64,000 bases of DNA from an uncultured Holophaga sp. (GCA_963664825.1 OY761614.1:1152001-1216000), one strand, 5' to 3'; shown: positions 10,750-19,156, counted from the first letter of the stretch. Made by a program: numbers and translations. Notes: a model not told the origin generated them from the letters alone.

Positions 10750-12079
10750 GGTTCTTCACGTTTTTCCGGGGAAGGCCGCACGGATCTTAAGGAAGAAGTA
10801 GCCCTCATCCCGGTAGCCGTAGGCGATGCGCTTGAGGACTTTGATCTTGTTGTTGATCCCTTCCTGGACGCTGGTATTGAGCGGCCAGCGGCAATGGGAG
10901 AGGATTCCGTCGATCCGCTGGGCGAGATTCTTGGCGAACTTCACGAGGGGCTGGAGTCCACTTGAGGTGGCGAGTTCCATCCAGTTCTCCCAGGCCTTCA
11001 GAGCCCAGCCCTCCCGCGTGTAGCGCCACAGTGCCTTCAGGGCGTCTTTCAGCACGTAGGCGGTCATCAGAGGCTGGTTCGCGTCCAATAACTCGTTGAG
11101 GCGGACTTTGGCATCCCGATTCGGCAGGTTCTCCCAATTGCCCAGCAGGAGCCACTTCGCGCCCTTGACGAGCTCCCGCGAGGCCTTGTCGTGCCGGTAT
11201 CGATTGGCCTCATCCACCCGGATCCGGTCGATGACGTCATGGCCGTACTTTGCCACGACATGAAACTGGTCGTAGACGATCTCGGCGTTGGGACAGCGCG
11301 CCCGGACTTCGCCTTCGAAGGCCGCCGACATGTCTATGCCCACGGCCTGGATCCGTTTGCAGCCCTTCTTCCCGATCAGATCGAAGAACGGGCGGATGTC
11401 CTCGCGGCCACGCCCTTTCCCGACCCAGAGCACGCGACGCGTTTCCGCATCCGTGATGACCGTGGCATAGCTCTGTCCCTTGTGGATGGCGAATTCGTCC
11501 ATCAGAAGAAGCCTCGCCTTGCTCAGCTTCACGGGCCCAAGTTCTCGGTCCAGGTAAGCCTTGTCGATCGCCTTCACCGTGCCCCAGTGCAGGTCATAGT
11601 GCTCCGCGACCTGTTTGATGGGCATGACCTTGCAAAGCCGCGCCACGCTCGCGGCAAGCCGGTTCGTGATCCGGGCATGGGGCTCCAACCAGTCCAGGGC
11701 TTCCAGCTTCGGGCCGCACCGGGGGCAGGCTACTCGAGCCCGCCACACCACTAGGACTGTGTCGGCGTCGAACAGCGGAAGGTCGCGGATCTCCCGCTCT
11801 GACCAGTCGTGGACGCTCCGCACGAAATGCCCACAACCGCTGCACTTCCGGGGATGATCGCCGAACCCAAGCAACTCGATCCACACCTCGGCCCGCGGCC
11901 CCTTCACCCCGGCTTCGAAGCGCTCCACGATTCCGACGCGTTGCCCTTTCCACCCGCCCAAGCGGGACATAAGCTCTTTGGTAGGCAGTGGCGGCCTCCT
12001 TCATCTCGAGTTCTCGACAAACCCAAGATGCCTGAAATCCGCCACTGCCGACCTACTTCACGCAAATCCGCGAAGAACC
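10750..12079 (-). mobile_element. ISL3-family element, 1330 bp
   Basis: Ends GGTTCTTC...GAAGAACC; 8-bp AT-rich TSD ATTTTAAG at 10742-10749 and 12080-12087. Confidence 0.94.
10756..11988 (-). CDS. ISL3 transposase (start CTG 11988 or ATG 11970)
   Basis: Zinc finger CSGC/CPRC, MDEFA, IDMS, YDQFHV, QEGINNKIKVLKRIAYGYRD; AAGGAGG 6 nt upstream of the in-frame CTG. Confidence 0.93.
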   Translation of the reverse strand: MPTKELMSRLGGWKGQRVGIVERFEAGVKGPRAEVWIELLGFGDHPRKCSGCGHFVRSVHDWSEREIRDLPLFDADTVLVVWRARVACPRCGPKLEALDWLEPHARITNRLAASVARLCKVMPIKQVAEHYDLHWGTVKAIDKAYLDRELGPVKLSKARLLLMDEFAIHKGQSYATVITDAETRRVLWVGKGRGREDIRPFFDLIGKKGCKRIQAVGIDMSAAFEGEVRARCPNAEIVYDQFHVVAKYGHDVIDRIRVDEANRYRHDKASRELVKGAKWLLLGNWENLPNRDAKVRLNELLDANQPLMTAYVLKDALKALWRYTREGWALKAWENWMELATSSGLQPLVKFAKNLAQRIDGILSHCRWPLNTSVQEGINNKIKVLKRIAYGYRDEGYFFLKIRAAFPGKT

Positions 12080-13127
12080 ATTTTAAGGCGTTGTAGGCGC
12101 CGTAGCGGTCCGTGCCAATCACGCCTTGGAAGTCCTCGGGAAGTATCGCCTTTAGGGCCCTCGCCCCACGGGTGTCACTGAAGTGGAAGAGGGCCGTACG
12201 GGCGGAAAGGGCCACCCAGATCCAGTCCCGGTCCTTCCGGCCGAAGCCGGTCTCGTCGAGGTTGAGCACATCCGCCGTACGGATCTGCTGGGAGAGGTCC
12301 TCCCAGGCGGGGAGTAGGTGGCTCCCCAGCGCCACACCGCTCTCGTGCAGCCAACCGCGTGAGACCGCTACGCCCGTCACCTCCGAGAGGAAACGCTGGA
12401 GCGGCGTCAGGCTCATGCGGCCCTCTGTGCGCAGATAGGCCGCCGCAGCCTGAAGGCGCGGGCCGATCCCGCCCGGCGCAGCCTCTGGGGGAAGCGGCGC
12501 CTGCACCTTCCTCTGGCAGTGCGGGCAGATCCCCTCCTCCAGCGCGTAGGCGATGACTTCTGTGAGGCGCTGAGCCAGATCCACCACCCGGTGCAGGCGC
12601 GTCCCGGTGATGGCCCCTGAAGGAACCTCGCCTCGGCAGTGGGGGCAACAGGCGAGGGGCACCGAAACCGTACGGTCCTCGCTGCCTTCCGGCAGCATCA
12701 CCCGAGCGGATCCCTTCCGTCCCGGTTGGCCGCCGCGCTTGCGCCCCGTGGGCGGCGCCGGTGGCTTGGGTGGCGCCGCGGGTCCGTCCGAACTGGGGGG
12801 CTTGCTGCTGTTGCGACTGTCCTTCCCGAGGCGATCCTGGAGCGACTCCAGCAATTTTTCCAGGCGTTCCATCGCCTCCCGCAGGCAGACCATTTCCGCA
12901 CGCAGTTCCCCGTTCTCGGCAGCCAGGGCCAGATAACGCGGATCAGTCAGAACAGGATCAAGCTCCATCCTTCAGAATCTGACTGGTTTGAGACCAAAGT
13001 ACAAGCGAATTATTCACTTGCGGTGATTTTATCCTCAATCACGAGTTGAGCCTGCATGGGGGGGGGGTGAATCGATACTGGAAAACGCTGCGCGTTTCCC
13101 ACACCTCACAGCAGCCGAAGGAGATCA

Positions 13128-14117
13128 TCATGCTGCGATTTCCTTTTTTGGGGGATTGATCCACGCCGGACTTGGCAGTGCGGGCGGCTTGGGGCGTCCC
13201 TGGGAAAACCGCTCGGGGTGGGCCTGGAACGCCTGATCGAGCACGACCTGGCGGGCGGCGTGGATCTCCTCGGCGCGGCCTTCGTGGACGCTGGCGGGCG
13301 TCATCATGCCGATGCCGCTGTGCCGATGCAGATGGTTGTACCAATGGAAGTAGCGGCGGCAGAAGCTTCGCGCGTCCTCGATGGAACCGAACCGCTCCGG
13401 GAAGTCGGGGCTGTATTTCAGCGTCTTGAACTGCGATTCGGAATACGGGTTGTCGTCGGAAACGTGAGGCCGACTGTGGCTCTTCGTGACCTTCAGGTCG
13501 GTGAGGAGGGTGCCCACCGTCTTGGAAACCATGGCTGGGCCTCGGTCCGAATGCAGGGTCAGTTCACCCGGCCGGATGCCATGCTGGAGGAAGGTCTGGC
13601 GGTGGAACTCCCTGGCGAGGTCCTCGTCCTCCCGCTCCTGCACGGTCCAGCCCACGACCAGGCGGCTGAACAGATCGATGGTCACGTAGAGCTTGAAGCG
13701 GCTGCCTCGCACGGGACCCTTGAGATCCGTGATATCCCAGCTCCACACCTGGTTCGGCGCCTGCGCGCAGAGTTCGGGTTTCACATAGACCGGATGCCGC
13801 GCCTGGTCGCGCCGTTCCTTCACTTCCTGAGCCTCGTCGAGGATTCGGTACATGGTCCGCGACGAGCAGAGATAGCGGCCTTCATCCATCAACGTCGCCT
13901 GGATCTCGGCGGGCGCACGGCCCACGAAACGCTCCGAATGACACACCTCCAGCACTGCCTGTCGTTCCGAGTCCGAGAGCGCCCGCGGGGATTTGGGACG
14001 AGGCCCGGGTGGACCTTTCGGCTTTCGGCGGCGGTAGAAGGTCGCCCGCGATACGCACAGCAGATCACAGGCCGGCTGAATCCCGATCTCTTCCGCCAAG
14101 GCTACCGCCGCCGTCAT
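13128..14117 (-). CDS. IS3 OrfB (rve integrase-core transposase)
   Basis: WSWDIT, LHSDRG, DNPYSESQFKTLK DDE core; ATG overlaps the orfA stop (ATGA); frame is also reachable by -1 frameshift at the A7 run 14177-14183. Confidence 0.93.
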   Translation of the reverse strand: MTAAVALAEEIGIQPACDLLCVSRATFYRRRKPKGPPGPRPKSPRALSDSERQAVLEVCHSERFVGRAPAEIQATLMDEGRYLCSSRTMYRILDEAQEVKERRDQARHPVYVKPELCAQAPNQVWSWDITDLKGPVRGSRFKLYVTIDLFSRLVVGWTVQEREDEDLAREFHRQTFLQHGIRPGELTLHSDRGPAMVSKTVGTLLTDLKVTKSHSRPHVSDDNPYSESQFKTLKYSPDFPERFGSIEDARSFCRRYFHWYNHLHRHSGIGMMTPASVHEGRAEEIHAARQVVLDQAFQAHPERFSQGRPKPPALPSPAWINPPKKEIAA

Positions 14118-14527
14118 TCGCTGTCCTCGTTCTCGAACCGATGGCCCAGCGACAACTTCTCCATCAGTTCGGAGGCTTTTTTTGACATCTCCAGCATCCA
14201 CTCGGCCCGCGCCAGCTTGCGTTTCAGGGCCTTGTTCTCCTTCTCCAGTTCCTTGTTCCGGGCCTCGTGCGGATCCCGCGGCTTCGGTCTCGGCCCTGGT
14301 TTTACCGGGTTCAGGGCGCCCAACGCCCCGAGCTCACGCTGCTGCCGCCAACTCGAAAGGTGCGAGGAATAGAGTCCCTCTCGCCGAAGCAATGCGGCGA
14401 TCTGGCCCGGCACCGAGCACACATCCACCTCGGCCAGCACCTTCAACTTGTAGCTGGCGCTGAACCGCCGCCGTTTGGGGCGGCTCAACTCCACCTCCCC
14501 GTTCCCCAACTTCAAGACCTTGCTCAT
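14114..14527 (-). CDS. IS3 OrfA (HTH plus leucine zipper)
   Basis: RRRFSASYKLKVL...LLRREGLYSSHLSSWR...LEKENKALKRKL. Confidence 0.9.
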   Translation of the reverse strand: MSKVLKLGNGEVELSRPKRRRFSASYKLKVLAEVDVCSVPGQIAALLRREGLYSSHLSSWRQQRELGALGALNPVKPGPRPKPRDPHEARNKELEKENKALKRKLARAEWMLEMSKKASELMEKLSLGHRFENEDSE

Positions 14528-14596
14528 CCCATTTCCTTCCCCGCCCCGACAAAAGACTCTGAAGTGTCTCCTGTCTCAAAAAGCTTGGCGCGGGGG

Positions 14597-14743
14597 GATC
14601 TCGAAATTCGTACGGACCTGCACCAGATCCACGCCCCGAGCCGCAGTTTGGCGGGCCGCCAGCACCAGAGCGCGAATACGCTCCAAGAGCCACGTTTGGT
14701 CGGCTAGAACTGGGGGCACGGAGACAGGCTTCGCGTGCGTCAT
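14597..14743 (-). pseudogene. N-terminal 49 codons of a DUF1016/YhcG-like gene truncated by the IS3 element
   Basis: Not in ORF track; MTHAKPVSVPPVLADQTWLLERIRALVLAARQTAARGVDLVQVRTNFEI then IS end; ATGA overlap with the MNT stop. Confidence 0.7.
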
Positions 14744-15072
14744 TGCAGTCCCTGATGATTGCTCGCGTCCTTGCGTTCGTAGAACACGACCCCCACTCGC
14801 TCGATGTGTTCTTCGAGTGCGGGGTGTTTCAGTTCTGCGAAGAGGGAAAGATCGATGGTGTAGGGCAGCAGCAGATCGTCGAGGGCCTCGGCGATGGTCG
14901 CGCAGAGGGCGTCGGTGAGCGCCGCGCCATGGAGGGTCAGATCAATATCGGAGCCTGGCTTGTAGTTGCCCTTGGCGCGCGAGCCATAGAGCACGGCCTT
15001 TTCGATCTCGGGGAACCGGCCCATGACTTGGCAGATCTGTTCGACCGTTTGATTGGAGAGGCCATAGCTCAT
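14740..15072 (-). CDS. Minimal nucleotidyltransferase (MNT) antitoxin
   Basis: LYGSRAKGNYKPGSDIDL (GSx10DxD); 110 aa. Confidence 0.92.
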   Translation of the reverse strand: MSYGLSNQTVEQICQVMGRFPEIEKAVLYGSRAKGNYKPGSDIDLTLHGAALTDALCATIAEALDDLLLPYTIDLSLFAELKHPALEEHIERVGVVFYERKDASNHQGLQ

Positions 15073-15494
15073 AGATCGGGTTCTTCGCGGACGCCGAGGG
15101 TTTCGAAGGTGCTCGCCATCGCCGCGAAGGCGGGATAGAACCGCGTCAGGATGTCATGGGCGATGCCCTCGGCCACTTCAGGGTTGTAGGTGTGGGAAGT
15201 CAGGTTGCGCGCCTTGATCATGTCCATCCAGACCTGTCCCTCGCTGATCAGGGCATTCTTGAAAGCTTCCCGCGTCGCATTCTTCGAGCCGATGATGTCC
15301 ACAAAGCCCTGCTCTTCGAGATAGTCCTTCAGGACATTCCAGGCCAGTTCATGGGTGAATTCAAAGCCTTGGATCAGCCCCTGCTGCTCGAGATTGGAGA
15401 GCGCCCGCTGGTCGGCCAGCGCCACGGCGTCAGCAAGGGTCTGCAGGGCTTTGCCAAAATTATCGAAGCGTTGTTTCCAACGGATATCCTGCAT
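15069..15494 (-). CDS. HEPN / nucleotidyltransferase substrate-binding protein (HI0074-like), putative RNase toxin
   Basis: GLIQGFEFTHELAW and RNLTSHTY (Rx4HxY); coupled to MNT by ATGA overlap. Confidence 0.9.
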   Translation of the reverse strand: MQDIRWKQRFDNFGKALQTLADAVALADQRALSNLEQQGLIQGFEFTHELAWNVLKDYLEEQGFVDIIGSKNATREAFKNALISEGQVWMDMIKARNLTSHTYNPEVAEGIAHDILTRFYPAFAAMASTFETLGVREEPDL

Positions 15495-15497
15495 GAT

Positions 15498-16961
15498 CTA
15501 GCTCCTCGCCAGCATGGTCCGAATGGTCCCCAGTATTTCCGAACTCTCCGCGTCCAGGGCCACGATCTCATCCAGGATCTCCTCGGGGCTGCGCAGGGTC
15601 ACTTCCTCGCCGCCATCGGGGTTCTTCGTGGACAGATCGAAGCTGCCTTGGTCGATGCCCGCCACGTCCACGGTCCAGGACCTGGGGCCTTTCGCAAAGG
15701 TCTTCTGCAAGGCCACGAATTCGGCCAGGTCCTCGTCGTTGAGGGGATTGGTTTTGCCCATGTTGCGTCCAGGCTGGATCTGGTAGTACCAGACCTTCCG
15801 GGTGGGCGCGCCCTTCTCGAAGAACAACACCACGTTTTTCACGCCCGAGCCTTCGTATGTGCCACCGGGGCAGTCCAGCACGGTGTGCAGGTTGCATTCA
15901 AGCAGGAGCTTCTTGCGCAAGGAGGTGGAGGCGTTATCCGTATTGGATAGGAAGGTGTTCTTGAGAACGATGGCCGCCCGGCCCCCAGCCTTCAGGCTCT
16001 TGATGAAGTGCTGGAGGAACAGGAAGGCCGTTTCGCCCGTCTTGATGGGGAAGTTCTGCTGGACCTCCTGGCGCTCCTTGCCGCCGTTGGGTACTGCGGA
16101 CAGCACGATATCAAACCGGTCCTTCTCCTGGATGTCCCCCAGGTTCTCGGCCAGGGTATTGGTGTGCAGGATGTGGGGCGCCTCGATGCCATGGAGGATC
16201 ATGTTCATGATCGCGATGACATAGGCCAGGCTCTTCTTCTCCTTGCCGGTGAAGGTGCGTTTCTGGAGAGTTTCCTGGTCGTCTGTGCTGAGGCCGGGCT
16301 GGGCCTTGAGGTAATCGAAGGCCTCGCACAGGAAGCCCGCGGAACCCACGGCGCCATCGTAGATGCGCTGGCCGATTCGGGGCTGGACCACCTGGATCAT
16401 GGCGCGGATCAGGGGCCGGGGCGTGTAGTACTCGCCGCCGTTGCGACCGGCGTTGCCCATGTTTCGGATCTTGGCTTCGTAGAGATGGGACAGTTCGTAC
16501 TTCTCCACCTGGGTCCCGAAGTTCAGCTCATCGACCAGCTCGATGACTTCCCGCAGGGTGTAGCCGCTCTGGATCTTGTTCTTGATCTCCCCGAAGATCT
16601 CCCCAATCTTGTATTCCGTCGTATCCGGGCCACTGGCCCGCTGCTTGAAGCCGTGCAGGTAGGGGATCAGCTTCAGGTTCACGAATTCCTGGAGATCGTC
16701 CCCCGTCAAGGCCCTGTTGTGGTCCAGCCTATCGTCGGCCCCCTTGGGCATCGCCCAGGCTCCCCAGCGGTAGGGGGGATCCAGGATGAATACGTGGCGT
16801 CGGCCCGCCAGCTTGGAGCCAAGAGCATTCTCGGCCTCCAGTCCATCCAGGTATTTCAGGAACAGCAGCCAGGAGGACTGTTCGGTGTAGTCCAGTTCGC
16901 TGGTGCAGCCCGCATCCTTGTGCAGGATGTCGTCGATATTCTTGAAGGTCTGTTCGAACAT
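15498..16961 (-). CDS. hsdM: Type I R-M HsdM-like N6-adenine methyltransferase with non-canonical catalytic motif
   Basis: GEYYTPR, motif I YDGAVGSAGFL, MNMILHG, LFLQHF; motif IV reads SAVPN where (A)NPPF is expected; RBS GAAAGGA before ATG 16961. Confidence 0.88.
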   Translation of the reverse strand: MFEQTFKNIDDILHKDAGCTSELDYTEQSSWLLFLKYLDGLEAENALGSKLAGRRHVFILDPPYRWGAWAMPKGADDRLDHNRALTGDDLQEFVNLKLIPYLHGFKQRASGPDTTEYKIGEIFGEIKNKIQSGYTLREVIELVDELNFGTQVEKYELSHLYEAKIRNMGNAGRNGGEYYTPRPLIRAMIQVVQPRIGQRIYDGAVGSAGFLCEAFDYLKAQPGLSTDDQETLQKRTFTGKEKKSLAYVIAIMNMILHGIEAPHILHTNTLAENLGDIQEKDRFDIVLSAVPNGGKERQEVQQNFPIKTGETAFLFLQHFIKSLKAGGRAAIVLKNTFLSNTDNASTSLRKKLLLECNLHTVLDCPGGTYEGSGVKNVVLFFEKGAPTRKVWYYQIQPGRNMGKTNPLNDEDLAEFVALQKTFAKGPRSWTVDVAGIDQGSFDLSTKNPDGGEEVTLRSPEEILDEIVALDAESSEILGTIRTMLARS

Positions 16962-17290
16962 GAAGTTCCTTTCCATGCCCGACAGGACCTTCTGGAGGGG
17001 GCTCCCTTGAGCGATCACGGCAGCATTACAAACTTGTCATGAGTCTACCCCATCCCTCACCCAGGGCCGAGCCAGGCGGCCTCGAATGGCGGGTCCCGGA
17101 GCAAGGTCCAATGAGGCGCCGTCCCATCCGAAGCGGGTTCGCCGGGCGGGAGTCCCCTCCGCGCGCGTTGCGCGCTCCGGGCCGCGACGCTGGCTGCGCC
17201 CGCGCCTTTTCGTGTGTGATCGTCCACTGGACGACCACACACGGGCGCTACCGGCGCGCCATCGTCGATTTCGACTCCCGCTTCAAAAAC

Positions 17291-17338
17291 CACCAACGAA
17301 AAGGACGGGGCCAAGTGGCCCCGTCCTTTTCGTTGGTG
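17291..17338. terminator. Perfect 23-bp hairpin; probable native ssrA terminator displaced by the island
   Basis: CACCAACGAAAAGGACGGGGCCA-AG-TGGCCCCGTCCTTTTCGTTGGTG, overlapping the duplicated tmRNA 3' end; followed by a T run on the minus strand. Confidence 0.75.
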
Positions 17339-17348
17339 GAGGTGGCGG
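17333..17348. repeat. att site: duplicated tmRNA 3' end
   Basis: TTGGTGGAGGTGGCGG identical to 33993-34008. Confidence 0.9.
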
Positions 17349-17409
17349 CAATCAAATTAGAGATGCAAACTCATCATTCAAAATGGTTAACAAAAACAGC
17401 AATCTAGAC

Positions 17410-17431
17410 TTGCCCCCAAAGTTGCCCCCAA
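17410..17431. repeat. Putative integrase arm-type sites (distal end)
   Basis: TTGCCCCCAA twice at 12-bp spacing, the same motif as 33860-33890. Confidence 0.7.
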
Positions 17432-17456
17432 AAAGAGGGGCTTTCACATTGTTTTG

Positions 17457-17918
17457 TCAGCCCACTACCACCCACACAGGCCGTCCCTCTTCACGGGCCT
17501 TGCGGATAGCTTCAGCGGCCTTCTTCGCCGTGAGGGGTTCGGAGCCTTCCTCGCCACGGTGGACGAGCGCGATGCCATCCTCGCCCACGGGAGGCAGCTT
17601 CACGAGGTCAGCCGCGAAGCTCTCCGCCACGAGCCTGCCGCCGATGAGCCGGGGAGGGTCGGGCACCCGGAAGCCTTTGCCCGTGGTCAAGGCCTCGACC
17701 TCCAGGCCATAGAGTCCGGCCAGGGCCCGGAGAGTCGCGTCCGTGGGGCTCTGCCGCTCGTGTTCCCAATGAGAGATGGTCTGCTGGTTGGTGCCCAGAG
17801 CTTCAGCGAGGGCGAGTTGGCTCCACTTCCAGACCAAGCGCACGTACCGGATGCGCTTCCCCAGAGTGTCTGGCTTATCAGAAGCCTTGCCATAACCACC
17901 TCGCTTGGGTCGGATCAT
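17457..17918 (-). CDS. XRE-family HTH regulator
   Basis: LGKRIRYVRLVWKWSQLALAEALGTNQQTISHWEHERQSP; start uncertain. Confidence 0.82.
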   Translation of the reverse strand: MIRPKRGGYGKASDKPDTLGKRIRYVRLVWKWSQLALAEALGTNQQTISHWEHERQSPTDATLRALAGLYGLEVEALTTGKGFRVPDPPRLIGGRLVAESFAADLVKLPPVGEDGIALVHRGEEGSEPLTAKKAAEAIRKAREEGRPVWVVVG

Positions 17919-18142
17919 GCCGCACCTCCCAGAGGAGAGGCAAGGCCTGAATAACTCCAAACGTGTTGTTTGAGCCGCCCGGCATCCTCGCTCTTGAATC
18001 CAGAGCGAGAGAGCTGGCGAAATGCCATGGCTCAACTGTAGCTGAAGCCGAGATAACCAGCCCATCTTCCCCGTAGTTGCAGGAAACTCGCGGAAGAGTG
18101 CAAAATACACCTTTCGAGTGTTTCATAAACATAGGGGTTGCC

Positions 18143-19156
18143 ATGACACAGGCGCTGTGGGGCATGCACGCAGGTTCCGAAGGGTCTGCGGACCCACTCT
18201 TCCGCGAGAGCGGATACCTCGCTCTCAGTTGGTCTGCCTTGGGCAACCTGTCGGCCCTGGAACACACACGGGAAGCCTTTAAGACCGCGCTCTCGGCGGC
18301 CTACCCGGACAAATCCGCTGGGGCCATCCCCGTGGAGGCTGGCGTGCTGTTCCGTTTCCTCCACGAAGTGAATCCGGGGGACATCATCGCCTACCCCAGC
18401 CAGGAGGACCGGCAAATCCACTACCTGCGGGTGAAGGACACTCCCTACGAATACCGGCCTGACCTTAGCGAGGAGTTCCCGCACCTTCGCGCCGCAGACC
18501 TTCTGAAGAGCATCCCAAGGAACGAATTCAGCGCCGGGGCCCTGAATGAGATCGGTGCCGCAATCAGCCTTTTCAGGATCAAGAACAACACCGAGGAGTT
18601 TCTGGCCAAGCTCGCGGGAACGCCTGTGAAGGCAAAGCCACAGGAGGAGGACCAGGAGGCCAAGGCTACCCTCCCAAATCTGGAGGAGAGCACCCAGGAC
18701 TTCGTGCTCAAGCGGCTCTCTCTGCACCTCAAGGGGCATCCCTTCGCCCACTTTGTGGCCCACCTGCTGAACCTCATGGGCTATCGCACCCAGACCTCAC
18801 CACCCGGGAAGGACGGCGGCATCGACATCCTGGCCCACAGCGACCCGCTGGGGGTCACGGGGCCATTCCTCAAAGTGCAGGTCAAATCCACGGAGGGACA
18901 GACCGGCGAGAAAGATGTGCGCGACCTCGCAGGGCTCCTGCACGACCACGAGCGCGGGCTGTTCGTCACCCTGGGCACCTTCAACCTCGACGCCCGCAAG
19001 ACCGCGCGTGGGCCCAAAGGAATCCGCCTAATCGACGGCGCCGAAGTTGTAAGCTTCATCTGCGAGCACTACGAGCGACTCGACCACAAATACCGGTCAA
19101 TGCTCCCCCTGCGCCGGGTCTGGATTCCCGACCCACCTATCAGCGCGGGCGATTAA
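18143..19156 (+). CDS. mrr: Mrr-like (type IV) restriction endonuclease
   Basis: C-terminal Mrr_cat FAHFVAHLLNLMGY...KDGGIDI...VQVK...GLFVTLGTF...IRLIDG. Confidence 0.88.
   Translation: MTQALWGMHAGSEGSADPLFRESGYLALSWSALGNLSALEHTREAFKTALSAAYPDKSAGAIPVEAGVLFRFLHEVNPGDIIAYPSQEDRQIHYLRVKDTPYEYRPDLSEEFPHLRAADLLKSIPRNEFSAGALNEIGAAISLFRIKNNTEEFLAKLAGTPVKAKPQEEDQEAKATLPNLEESTQDFVLKRLSLHLKGHPFAHFVAHLLNLMGYRTQTSPPGKDGGIDILAHSDPLGVTGPFLKVQVKSTEGQTGEKDVRDLAGLLHDHERGLFVTLGTFNLDARKTARGPKGIRLIDGAEVVSFICEHYERLDHKYRSMLPLRRVWIPDPPISAGD

Larger units (their letters stand above)
10203..12968 (-). pseudogene. IS66 transposase split by ISL3 insertion
   Basis: N-part (coiled coil, SRNSSKPPSSD, CPHC zinc finger, LDET) joins C-part in frame after removing ISL3 and one TSD copy: DRYGAYNALK-SAVRQFCWAHLRR...PTNNAAERALR; 475 aa reconstructed. 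Confidence 0.92.
10112..13078 (-). mobile_element. IS66-family element (single-ORF, ISBst12-like organisation) interrupted by ISL3
   Basis: 17-bp terminal IRs GTATCGATTCACCCCCC; 8-bp TSD TGGAAAAC at 10104-10111 and 13079-13086. Confidence 0.92.
9991..14597 (-). mobile_element. IS3-family element (~1.63 kb native) carrying nested IS66 and ISL3
   Basis: Imperfect terminal IRs CGCGTCAACGACTTTGAGACAG (9996-10017) and CGCGCCAAGCTTTTTGAGACAG (revcomp of 14571-14592); both flanks read (G)ATC; exact ends uncertain by a few bp. Confidence 0.75.

Noticed and set aside
11904..12079. C-terminal tail of ORF 11904-12968
   Set aside because: Read-through into the ISL3 end, not part of the IS66 transposase
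13058..13067. G10 homopolymer as a phase-variation tract
   Set aside because: Lies in and next to the IS66 terminal IR; non-coding and possibly a sequencing length artefact
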